Origin: a virus
IMG/VR virus record: IMGVR_UViG_3300045988_083108
Span: 1-46,317 of that record
Reading direction: 5' to 3' (one strand)
Length of the DNA stretch: 46,317 nt
Shown here: piece by piece, positions 1-7,369 of the stretch
How positions within the stretch are numbered: the stretch's first letter is position 1
Layout of the letters: each line of letters begins with the position of its first letter
The notes under the pieces: model-generated
Database searches by the model: none
What the model saw: only the letters and a program-made list of their open reading frames with translations
What the model was told of the DNA's origin: nothing
Translations under genes and position numbers: made by a program

Positions 1-55
1 CATCGCGGCACAAGCGCAGCGCATTAACCAGCTTGAACTTGCCCAGCAAATGTGC
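1..55. repeat. Terminal overlap: bases 1-55 are identical to 46263-46317 (circular closure of the sequence)
   Basis: Direct comparison of both window ends; the same 55-mer catcgcggcacaagcgcagcgcattaaccagcttgaacttgcccagcaaatgtgc occurs at each. Confidence 0.97.
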
Positions 56-142
56 GGCGTAGTGCGTTATCCCATGACCTACGCTTATAGCGCCGGTGCA
101 TCTCCGTTCTGCGGTGGCCCTTGCGCTGGCAACGCCATCTAA
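2..142 (+). CDS. 3' end of the junction-spanning gene that starts at 45751 (tail ...QQMCGVVRYPMTYAYSAGASPFCGGPCAGNAI)
   Basis: Reading frame is continuous through the 55-bp overlap; TAA at 140-142. Absent from the ORF track because there is no start codon at this end. Confidence 0.7.
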   Translation: MAAQAQRINQLELAQQMCGVVRYPMTYAYSAGASPFCGGPCAGNAI

Positions 143-234
143 ACTAACTCTGATTTAAACGCCCTGTAGGCGAGGTTTATTGGCGGGGCAGGTATACTTG
201 CTCCGCCTTTTATTTTGTGAAAGGATGAAGAATT

Positions 235-663
235 ATGTCTAAAGCAATTGGCTATTATACATACACTGGCGCAACCGCTCTGGCTGTTGGCGGTGCTTTG
301 CCGCTGACAAACACTGTCAGACAATACGGCAACGCTATTCGCCTTGGCAACAATGGCGTTATCATCGGCTCTGCTGGCTGTCCTTGCGTTTGCAATGATG
401 CGGCTGGATACTATTCTGTCTCGGTCAATACAACGCTTGTAGCGTCTGCCGCTGGCCCTGTGACGGTAACTCTGTATCAGGACGGTCAAGCCGTATCTGG
501 TGCAACACAAACTGTGACTGCCGCCGCAGCTGATTCCGTTGGTATTGCTTTCACCGCTCCTGTTCGCGTGTATCGCGGTCAGGTTTCCAGCCGTTTGCAA
601 GTAATCGTGACTGGTCAGGCTGTTACAACTTCCAACGTGGCAGTTGAAGTCGTTAAGGAGTGA
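235..663 (+). CDS. Stand-alone BclA C-terminal domain-like (C1q/TNF-like jelly-roll) protein, 142 aa, no collagen-like region
   Basis: ORF with RBS aaagga upstream. Its pattern (GALPLTNTV..GNAI, GYYSVSVNTT, VTVTLYQDGQAVSG, RLQVIVTG, VEVVKE) lines up with my recollection of the Bacillus BclA C-terminal domain (PFNTV..GTAI, GFYKITV, LTIQVNGVPV, LVEVIVTG, IIEKV). Confidence 0.6.
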   Translation: MSKAIGYYTYTGATALAVGGALPLTNTVRQYGNAIRLGNNGVIIGSAGCPCVCNDAAGYYSVSVNTTLVASAAGPVTVTLYQDGQAVSGATQTVTAAAADSVGIAFTAPVRVYRGQVSSRLQVIVTGQAVTTSNVAVEVVKE

Positions 664-668
664 TTGCG

Positions 669-1211
669 ATGACGGTCGAGGAAGTCTTTGCCAAAATAAA
701 AGCGCACCAAATCGAGGGAACGATGTTCCACGACCAAATGCGCCAATACTTTGACTTCTTGAACTTAAAAGGCTTCAAGCGTATGCACGAACACCACTAC
801 AAAGAGGAATCTTACAGTCTAGTAAAAACTGATTCGTTCTACATGAGACGCGCAAACTCGTTTATCCCGGAATACTCTGTATCAACTCAAAGTTACATTC
901 CGCAGAACTGGCGCAGTTATCGCAGACAAGATGTAGATGCCACCACAAAGCGCAGAGCCGTAAAGGACGCAATGGCGAAGTGGGTGGAATGGGAACGTCA
1001 GACTAAAGACCTCTACTCCACAAGTTATAAGGAACTTTTAAACGATAACGCGATAGATTTTGCAGAATTCGTCAAAGAGAATCTTGTGCTTGATGTGTCG
1101 GAAGAACTTGCATTTGCAGAGAGCCTGTACATGGAACTGGAAAACTGCGATTACGACATGGTTTATCTTGCAGAGATTCAGCCAGATTACAGCAAAAAAT
1201 TCAAGAAGTAA
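669..1211 (+). CDS. Hypothetical helical protein with a ferritin/Dps-like helix pattern (tentative)
   Basis: ATG 669 lies 9 nt after aaggag, whereas the track's GTG 660 has no spacer. HQIEGTMFHDQMRQYFDF..LKGFKRMHEHHYKEES resembles ferritin helices A/B, but the metal ligands are only partly conserved. Confidence 0.45.
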   Translation: MTVEEVFAKIKAHQIEGTMFHDQMRQYFDFLNLKGFKRMHEHHYKEESYSLVKTDSFYMRRANSFIPEYSVSTQSYIPQNWRSYRRQDVDATTKRRAVKDAMAKWVEWERQTKDLYSTSYKELLNDNAIDFAEFVKENLVLDVSEELAFAESLYMELENCDYDMVYLAEIQPDYSKKFKK

Positions 1212-1214
1212 CTC

Positions 1215-1445
1215 CTACTTAGCCGCATTGCTTTTACGCTTTGCGGCTTTTTTTGCGCTTATGCGATGCCATTTGTTCCATTCTTTAATTGTGGTTTCAT
1301 CGCCTTTTTCAACGGAAAACTCTACTGTAAAGAACTCATATCCGCAGTCTTTGCAGATTCGCTTTCTATAATTTGTGTTTTCTGGCGGTGCAAACACATT
1401 ATCTTTGACATACACATTCTGGCTGCCGCATTTTTCACACAGCAT
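1215..1445 (-). CDS. NrdR-type zinc-ribbon protein without an ATP-cone (76 aa)
   Basis: Start moved to ATG 1445 (RBS aggagag). MLCEKCGSQNVYVKDN...YRKRICKDCGYEFFTVE matches the NrdR N-terminal pattern MxCPxCx..V.DSR..IRRRRxCxxCxxRFTTxE. Confidence 0.6.
   Translation of the reverse strand: MLCEKCGSQNVYVKDNVFAPPENTNYRKRICKDCGYEFFTVEFSVEKGDETTIKEWNKWHRISAKKAAKRKSNAAK
1221..1254 (+). terminator. Possible rho-independent terminator closing the plus-strand late/accessory block
   Basis: agccgc (1221-1226) pairs with gcggct (1243-1248), followed by a T-run; it overlaps the 3' end of the convergent gene. Confidence 0.45.
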
Positions 1446-1824
1446 TATTGTCTCTCCTATCCTGTACGGCGATGCCGTCAATAGCCATGCACAGCTTATC
1501 AGCATTGTCAAGCGTTCTTTCACGTCTGTAATTTTCATTTGCCGTTGCCGTGCGCTTCACGGTGTCAGCGAAAGCCTTGATTGTGGAATCAAGCTGTTCC
1601 TCACGAAGCCGGTCTTGCTCATAACGCCGAGTTATCTGTGCCTTAGTCTTGCCAGCTTCTTCCTTTGAGATTCCACCTACCTCATAGAGCTTGTAGAGGT
1701 ATCGAAGCGCTAGGTAGGCACTTTGTTCAGACCCGCGCAAAAGCGTCTTAAAATCGCTCCTAGCCCCCTTGTAGGCCATTTGAGCGAGTTCCTCGATGGT
1801 GTAGTCCTTTTTTAATGTTTTCAT
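1435..1824 (-). CDS. Hypothetical helical protein, 129 aa
   Basis: ORF; ATGA overlap with the upstream mini-ORF and 11-nt overlap with the downstream gene. Confidence 0.7.
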   Translation of the reverse strand: MKTLKKDYTIEELAQMAYKGARSDFKTLLRGSEQSAYLALRYLYKLYEVGGISKEEAGKTKAQITRRYEQDRLREEQLDSTIKAFADTVKRTATANENYRRERTLDNADKLCMAIDGIAVQDRRDNNAV

Positions 1825-1922
1825 TTTCCGAACACCTCAACAGCACCAAAAATCATTGCAATCGCAAAAATCCAAGTGGGAACTTTCAACGCCCATGCAA
1901 AAATAATAATTAAGCCCAACAT
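1821..1922 (-). CDS. Mini membrane peptide, 33 aa (MLGLIIIFAWALKVPTWIFAIAMIFGAVEVFGK)
   Basis: Hand-translated (below the track's cutoff). Start overlaps the upstream stop (TAATG) and its stop overlaps the downstream start (ATGA). Confidence 0.4.
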   Translation of the reverse strand: MLGLIIIFAWALKVPTWIFAIAMIFGAVEVFGK

Positions 1923-2158
1923 TAGTCATCATCTCCCGCAGCTAAAATTACGTTAATCGCCCATGCTCCGAACAAAAGCGCCCAAAATGTCTCAGAATTT
2001 GCTCTAAACACAATAGTCATTGCGACAACCACAATAAGCGCAATAAGAGCAGAAATTGCAGTACATGCTTTAATCATATCGTTGCGTGTGATTTTCTGAA
2101 TGACCCTAATTACGATTAAGGTAAGCGTGCAAGTTATCAAGATTGCTTTAAACTCCAT
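1922..2158 (-). CDS. Small membrane protein, 78 aa
   Basis: Start moved to ATG 2158 (RBS gaggtg); at least two hydrophobic helices. Confidence 0.6.
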   Translation of the reverse strand: MEFKAILITCTLTLIVIRVIQKITRNDMIKACTAISALIALIVVVAMTIVFRANSETFWALLFGAWAINVILAAGDDD

Positions 2159-2168
2159 CTTATTCACC

Positions 2169-2357
2169 TCACAGATGTGCGCCGACTGCAACCGCAAAGA
2201 ACAATGCAAACAGCGCGAACAAGCCAATCGTTCCGAGAACGTAACCGACAATAGTATCAAAACTCTCGTCTTTCAAGATACCGAACACGATTTCAAGAAA
2301 TACAGCAAATATAAACAATGCACTAACCGCTGTAAAACAACCCATAACGAACGTCAT
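2169..2357 (-). CDS. Small membrane protein, 62 aa
   Basis: ORF, RBS ggtgaa, ATGA overlap with the upstream gene; two hydrophobic helices. Confidence 0.6.
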   Translation of the reverse strand: MTFVMGCFTAVSALFIFAVFLEIVFGILKDESFDTIVGYVLGTIGLFALFALFFAVAVGAHL

Positions 2358-2608
2358 TTTTTATTCACCGGCTTTCCGTATTTGTACTCCATCTGTTTTT
2401 TAAAGGTAATGTACTCGTCAACCATGCTGTAAAACAGTGGTTCCATCAAATCTTCGTTTTCATCGCGCCATGCAACCATGTCCGTAAACTCTCCGTCAGC
2501 CGAATGGTAAATACGGCCAACCCAAAGTTTATCTTCATCATCGTAATAGTAGTAAGCGCTGTAACCTTTGTATTCTGGCAACTTGTGGATTGTGTTTCGT
2601 TTACCCAT
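2354..2608 (-). CDS. HicB-like antitoxin-fold protein (no HicA partner seen)
   Basis: RBS aggtga. YKGYSAYYYYDDEDKLWVGRIYHSADG..F...ENEDLMEPLFYSMVDEYITF resembles the HicB_lk_antitox pattern (F.GY.g.v.y..ED..f.G.v.gi.d.i.f.g.t..EL...F...vDdYl). Confidence 0.45.
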   Translation of the reverse strand: MGKRNTIHKLPEYKGYSAYYYYDDEDKLWVGRIYHSADGEFTDMVAWRDENEDLMEPLFYSMVDEYITFKKQMEYKYGKPVNKK

Positions 2609-2726
2609 GTTTTCACCTACTTTGATAAATTTTTAACAGGTCGGAACTTTTATTACTGCGCTTCGCTTCCTTTCCCTTGCTTGCGCAAGTTAAGCTAATA
2701 AGGCGAAGCGTTTCACGGCAAAGCCG

Positions 2727-3212
2727 TTACCATTCCAGCTTTTTGGCGTTATCCCCTTTAAGCATTTTATTATTTTTCTTTAAGCATTTATTATACTTAT
2801 TCTTTAAGCATTTGTCTCCCGGTTTTGCCACCCGTGGAGAAACCCACCCTGTGGATTTTTGATGGGGTGGATTCTGCGCAGAAAGCTCACTCACTTTTTG
2901 CGATGAAACGACATATTTCAGCTTTATGTAGTGACCAGTTACCTTGCCTTTGTCGTCTTTTGCCACTACATCCTCAATCAAGCCTAAGTCAATCAATTTT
3001 TGCTTGTATTTACGGACTTTTGCCACATTCCATCCTATGCCTTTTGCAACATAATCTGTTGTGCATTTTGGCTGGTTCGTCTTTTGCCACTTTGCTGTGT
3101 AATAATAAAAGGAATACAAGCCGATTAGTTCTGCGTAGCAATCTGTATTTAAGAATGCGTCAATCGTGCTTTTCGTCATGATTACGAGACTATCTTCGAT
3201 AAAATCCTGCAT
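2727..3212 (-). CDS. Winged-helix DNA-binding protein, first gene of the leftward operon
   Basis: Start moved to ATG 3212 (RBS gaggtg, 5-nt spacer). The TTDYVAKGIGWNVAKVRKYKQKLIDLGLIEDV segment is wHTH-like. Confidence 0.55.
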   Translation of the reverse strand: MQDFIEDSLVIMTKSTIDAFLNTDCYAELIGLYSFYYYTAKWQKTNQPKCTTDYVAKGIGWNVAKVRKYKQKLIDLGLIEDVVAKDDKGKVTGHYIKLKYVVSSQKVSELSAQNPPHQKSTGWVSPRVAKPGDKCLKNKYNKCLKKNNKMLKGDNAKKLEW

Positions 3213-3349
3213 GTACGCACCTCTCAATAAAAAGAAAAGCCTACGCTGATTGCTGTGACGGTAGCAACCAGAGTAAGCTCGAAGTCTTATTTAGATGTAC
3301 GGCCCTGTTTGGCCCGTCACTTCCAAACAAGACTTCTGATAACATCCTT

Positions 3350-3378
3350 ATTATAGCACATCAGAATTACGCTTGCAA
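3350..3378 (-). promoter_or_regulatory. Leftward promoter TTGCAA-17-TATAAT with an extended TG
   Basis: Minus strand reads ttgcaa gcgtaattctgatgtgc tataat. Confidence 0.7.
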
Positions 3379-3412
3379 GCATTATTTCCAAAAAATATTT
3401 CTGCGAAAGATA

Positions 3413-3441
3413 TTGACATCTATCCGAAAGAAGCGTATAAT
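3413..3441 (+). promoter_or_regulatory. Rightward early promoter, perfect consensus TTGACA-17-TATAAT
   Basis: ttgaca 3413-3418 and tataat 3436-3441 with a 17-nt spacer, 50 nt upstream of the first plus-strand gene. Confidence 0.8.
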
Positions 3442-3491
3442 AAAGGCATCGGAAACGAAAGAATCCGAGAAAAACCGAAAGGAGAATTGAA

Positions 3492-3776
3492 ATGAAACGA
3501 CTGATTTATGCTGAGGATGCAATGCAGAATGTGCTGGATGAAATCAGGTACAAGGATAGCTTGTACACATCAACTGCCTGGCACATAGCCAAAAAGGCGA
3601 TTGATGCGGCGCCAACGATTGAGCCAAAACGTATAAAAGCGGAGTGGGTATACGCCGGAGAGGATGTCTGCAACACTTATTACGAATGCCCTGTGTGCGA
3701 ATCTGTTTTTGCATCTTGTAATCATTTTAAGTATTGCCCGGAATGCGGCACAAGGATGGTGAGCGCAAATGAGTGA
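3492..3776 (+). CDS. Hypothetical zinc-ribbon protein (CPVC...CPEC)
   Basis: ORF, RBS aaaggaga. Confidence 0.7.
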   Translation: MKRLIYAEDAMQNVLDEIRYKDSLYTSTAWHIAKKAIDAAPTIEPKRIKAEWVYAGEDVCNTYYECPVCESVFASCNHFKYCPECGTRMVSANE

Positions 3777-4014
3777 ATGGATAAGTGTTAAAGACAGACT
3801 GCCTGACCCGTATGAAAAGGTTCTTGTGCGTTTAGACCACTGGTCTGGTGTGGACATCTATTTGGCATTTTACGACCCGAAACGCGGTTGGTGCGATTGC
3901 GGTGGTTATTTTGAAGATGGAACGAATAATGACGGGGAACCTCTCACATACGAAACCGTAGGCGCAAATGTTACTCACTGGATACCACTCCCCGAACCGC
4001 CAAAGGAGAGTTAA
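3769..4014 (+). CDS. DUF551-like protein
   Basis: WISVKDRLPD...VLV...THWIPLPEPP is the pattern I associate with DUF551. Confidence 0.65.
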   Translation: MSEWISVKDRLPDPYEKVLVRLDHWSGVDIYLAFYDPKRGWCDCGGYFEDGTNNDGEPLTYETVGANVTHWIPLPEPPKES

Positions 4015-4016
4015 TT

Positions 4017-4328
4017 ATGAGTAAGTATGGTAGAGCGGCTGACTGGGGAGGTTCTCCGCTTGAGGAACTTGGCGTTTGGGCGATGCTTCAACCCGGAGCG
4101 CACCACAAGCCTAACATAAAGGCGCTTAAACAGGCAGTTAATGATTTGTGCCACCTGACGATGCAGAAAACAGCAGGACAGAAAAAGTACGCAAAAGCTG
4201 GGGATTTATCTTTTGATGACCTTGACGGCATCAAGTGGACAATTCTTATTGAAGCGGTGATTCTTGTTCTGTCCGGCAAGTTGGACGGCATGGAAGATGA
4301 AAGCGAGGATGAATATGGACGCAGTTGA
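4017..4328 (+). CDS. Hypothetical protein
   Basis: ORF, RBS aaaggagag. Confidence 0.65.
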   Translation: MSKYGRAADWGGSPLEELGVWAMLQPGAHHKPNIKALKQAVNDLCHLTMQKTAGQKKYAKAGDLSFDDLDGIKWTILIEAVILVLSGKLDGMEDESEDEYGRS

Positions 4329-4665
4329 ATATGTAAAAGCTCTACGCAGACTGTGCAGAAGTAAAATAAAGTGTTCTGAATGCCAATTATTAAACAAAGA
4401 AGAGCACTGCTGTATGGCTGATATAGGCGAATGTGCAGAAAAGACTGTGCAGATTGTTGAGCAATGGGCAAAAGACCACCCAGTCAGGACCCGCCAGAGC
4501 GAGTTTCTGAGGATGTTCCCAAAGGCGGAAATGAAGGACGATTACCTCTGGATGTGCCCTAAATACATTAACTATGATTACAACCCGGAAGAAAATTGCC
4601 ACGAAATCAGTTGCAGCGATTGCAAACGCAAATTCTGGCTCACGGAGGTGACCGACAATGACTAA
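4315..4665 (+). CDS. Hypothetical Cys-rich protein
   Basis: Start moved to ATG 4315 (RBS gagga, 5-nt spacer). Confidence 0.6.
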   Translation: MDAVEYVKALRRLCRSKIKCSECQLLNKEEHCCMADIGECAEKTVQIVEQWAKDHPVRTRQSEFLRMFPKAEMKDDYLWMCPKYINYDYNPEENCHEISCSDCKRKFWLTEVTDND

Positions 4666-4768
4666 CATTACAACCCTGCGCCCCGGCGAACACTTTATGT
4701 TCAAGAATTTTGAGTGGGTCTGCCTTGACCCGAATCGCTCAATCTGCGCCAGAGCATGGCATATGTAG
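4658..4768 (+). CDS. Mini-ORF, 36 aa (MTNITTLRPGEHFMFKNFEWVCLDPNRSICARAWHM)
   Basis: Hand-translated; RBS ggaggtg with a 7-nt spacer; ATGA-type overlap with the upstream stop. Confidence 0.45.
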   Translation: MTNITTLRPGEHFMFKNFEWVCLDPNRSICARAWHM

Positions 4769-4781
4769 AGGAGGTATCAGA

Positions 4782-5063
4782 ATGAGCACAGTAATAGACG
4801 AGGATTTCGGAACAATTTGCGTTTGTGCTGTTCGTTACTGCTTCGGCAGACAGACATATATGCCAAGTCTTGTACAGGATTTCGTTTGCAGGAACTTTAA
4901 GTATCTCAATGACAACGAACTTAAAGTTATGGTTGATGACATCAACTTTGCGGAGCGAATCAATCAGCTTGGCGATGAACGAATTGACAAGCCGGATTGG
5001 CTAAAGTTTAGAGAAAGAATTAACTCTGAATTAGAGAAAAGAAAGGCTGAACAAAATGCGTGA
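4782..5063 (+). CDS. Conserved phage hypothetical protein (AVRYCFGRQTYMP motif)
   Basis: Start moved to ATG 4782 (RBS gaggaggt). Confidence 0.65.
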   Translation: MSTVIDEDFGTICVCAVRYCFGRQTYMPSLVQDFVCRNFKYLNDNELKVMVDDINFAERINQLGDERIDKPDWLKFRERINSELEKRKAEQNA

Positions 5064-5289
5064 ATCAACAAGAAGCACAATTTCTATGCTTTCCGATATG
5101 TGGAAAAGAAACTCGCCTATGGCAGATTTTGACGCATTTGCGCTTGTATGCGAGATTGCTGACGCTTACCATAATGACACGGTTTCCGCGGAGTCTTGCA
5201 TGGATGAGATTCTTGCGCTTGTAATTGCGAAGGATATTAGCACAAAGGAACGCTTTGACAATATGCAAAAGGTGATTTCAAGTGAGTAA
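5056..5289 (+). CDS. Hypothetical protein
   Basis: ORF overlapping both neighbours by a few nt. Confidence 0.55.
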   Translation: MRESTRSTISMLSDMWKRNSPMADFDAFALVCEIADAYHNDTVSAESCMDEILALVIAKDISTKERFDNMQKVISSE

Positions 5290-5920
5290 AAAGACAAGCA
5301 GAGTTCAGTTTGATGAAACAACTCACACTTACACGCTAGATGGCGTAGAGCTACCGAGCGTGACGCACATCATCCGTTACCTCGCAGTTGACAAGGCAAA
5401 TAGCGCTGACCCTAACATGGCACTGATAGCGCGAGAGCGCGGCTCTGCGGTGCATGAAGCTACAGTAATGTATGATTACTCCGGCGAGATTCCAGACGAT
5501 TTTCCGGCTGAATATGCGCCGTATCTGGAAGCCTATGTGCAGTTCTGCCGCGACTATCACCACAAGTGGGAGTTAATTGAACACCAAATGGGCAATGCGA
5601 CTTTAGGATTTGCTGGCACTCTTGACAGGTTTGGGGTCATTGACGACAAGTGGTGCATACTTGATATTAAGACCAGTTACAAGGTTGACATTCCGAGCTT
5701 GTCTGCGCAGCTTGCAGCTTATCATGACCTGCTGTTAAACGAGCAGTTTGAAAAGTTGGAAAACGCAAATATTCGGCATCTCGGACTTCAACTTATGCGC
5801 ACTGGAAAATATCGTTTGTATGAAACGGACTACGAAAAAGGCTGTGACTTGTTTTATAGCTGTCGTAGGATTTACAAGACAACGAAGCAGATGAAAGGAG
5901 TTCGGTATGCAGTCAAGTGA
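5282..5920 (+). CDS. PD-(D/E)XK (RecB/exonuclease-like) nuclease
   Basis: GTG start with RBS aaaggtg. HTYTLDGVELPSVTHII, RGSAVHEA, GTLDRFG and ILDIKTS form a D..(D/E)xK layout. Confidence 0.6.
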   Translation: MSKKTSRVQFDETTHTYTLDGVELPSVTHIIRYLAVDKANSADPNMALIARERGSAVHEATVMYDYSGEIPDDFPAEYAPYLEAYVQFCRDYHHKWELIEHQMGNATLGFAGTLDRFGVIDDKWCILDIKTSYKVDIPSLSAQLAAYHDLLLNEQFEKLENANIRHLGLQLMRTGKYRLYETDYEKGCDLFYSCRRIYKTTKQMKGVRYAVK

Positions 5921-6626
5921 TATTAAAGTCTTGGTTGCTTGTGAGGAATCCCAAGCGGTCTGCAAGGCGTTCCGAGAACGAGGGTTTGAAGCGTATTCTT
6001 GCGATATTCAAGAGTGTTCTGGTGGTCATCCAGAGTGGCACATTTGCGGCGATGCGCTAAAGGCAATGATGGGTGGGCAAATCGTAACGCAAGACGGAAA
6101 GGAACACTTTGTTGATAAGTGGGACTTAATGATTGCGCACCCGCCTTGCACATATCTGTCAAATGTTTCTACTAAACATTTTTCTTTGCGTTGCACATCA
6201 GCAGAAAAAGTTGTTGACAGGTGGAAGAACAGAGCGGAAGCAGCAGTGTTTTTCATGTATTTCGTACTTGCTCCGATTGAGCATATTGCAGTTGAAAATC
6301 CGGTTGGGTTTATGAACGTGGCATACAGAAAAGCAGACCAAATCATTGACCCGTATATGTTTGCTGAAAGCGTTAATGATGAGAAGAATTATGTCACAAA
6401 GCGAACTTGTTTATGGTTAAAAAAGCTTCCGTCCTTGAAGCGGACAAACAACTTGCAAAAGCCAAATAATGCAGAATTATATGGTAGGTTCCCGAGCGGA
6501 AAAGCTAAAACATGGGAAGACCAGACACATGGCGGGAAGGCAAGAAGCAAGACATTCCCAGGAATTGCCGCCGCAATGGCAGAGCAGTGGGGAGATTATT
6601 TACTAAGTACAAGCAAAGGAGACTAA
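5907..6626 (+). CDS. C5-cytosine-methyltransferase-like protein lacking the Gly-rich SAM loop
   Basis: AHPPCTYLS matches motif IV (PPC..S) and VENPVG matches motif VI (ENV.G). The N-terminal segment KVLVACEESQAV occupies the place of FxGxGG. Confidence 0.45.
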   Translation: MQSSDIKVLVACEESQAVCKAFRERGFEAYSCDIQECSGGHPEWHICGDALKAMMGGQIVTQDGKEHFVDKWDLMIAHPPCTYLSNVSTKHFSLRCTSAEKVVDRWKNRAEAAVFFMYFVLAPIEHIAVENPVGFMNVAYRKADQIIDPYMFAESVNDEKNYVTKRTCLWLKKLPSLKRTNNLQKPNNAELYGRFPSGKAKTWEDQTHGGKARSKTFPGIAAAMAEQWGDYLLSTSKGD

Positions 6627-6629
6627 AAT

Positions 6630-7352
6630 ATGAGTGAAGCACTTACTAACTATGAGCCGGTTGCGGCCATCGTTCGCACTGACCACGAAAACTACAAGCT
6701 GACAATCGGTAACAAGCAAATTCTTTTGAAGCGAGATACAGACTTCGGAAAGTATGGGAAAGCAAACAAACCTAGCTTGCTGAAATCTGGCGCAGAAAAA
6801 GTTTTGATGGCTTACGGCGTTGAATCTCGGTTCATTCTGGAACAGGCCGTTGAGAACTTTGGTGATGCAGATACACCGCCGCTGTTCTTCTATCGTTTCC
6901 GCTGTGAACTCTGGAAAGGCGAACAGCACATCACAGACGGTTATGGCGTTGCCAACTCTAACGAAAGCGCTTGTGGCCGTGCTCTTAAATGGGATTTAGC
7001 CAATCAGCGCATTAAAATTGCGAAAAAGCGCGCGATGGTCGATGCTTGCCTTATGATTGCACAGATTAGCGGAATGTTCACCGCCGATATGGAAGATTCT
7101 ACGCTCGAGGAACAGCGCTTTGAGGACGTTGCCCGCGCAGTTACTCGTCCTGATGACCTTATCAGTGCGAAGCAGGTCAAGCGTCTGTACACTCTCTGCT
7201 CCCGCAACAGCGTTGATTCCGACACTGCCGCAAAGGTCATCGCTGATGCCGGTTATAATTCCGCAAAAGAGATTAAGCAGAAAGACTACGATGCAATCTG
7301 CAACAAGATTGAATCTTTTTCTGAAACCGTTGAGGGCGAAATCATTAAGTAA
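6630..7352 (+). CDS. Hypothetical protein; possible ssDNA-annealing/recombination protein by context
   Basis: Lies between the nuclease and the SSB-like gene. The KPSLLKSGAEKVLMAYGV segment is reminiscent of phage recombinases; the family was not identified. Confidence 0.35.
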   Translation: MSEALTNYEPVAAIVRTDHENYKLTIGNKQILLKRDTDFGKYGKANKPSLLKSGAEKVLMAYGVESRFILEQAVENFGDADTPPLFFYRFRCELWKGEQHITDGYGVANSNESACGRALKWDLANQRIKIAKKRAMVDACLMIAQISGMFTADMEDSTLEEQRFEDVARAVTRPDDLISAKQVKRLYTLCSRNSVDSDTAAKVIADAGYNSAKEIKQKDYDAICNKIESFSETVEGEIIK

Positions 7353-7369
7353 AAGTTAGGAGTTGTCTT

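Noticed and set aside
1-55. The 55-bp terminal repeat as a physical direct terminal repeat of the virion DNA
   Set aside because: The length equals a common assembler k-mer and a gene reads straight through it, so a circular-assembly overlap is the simpler explanation. This cannot be excluded without read data.
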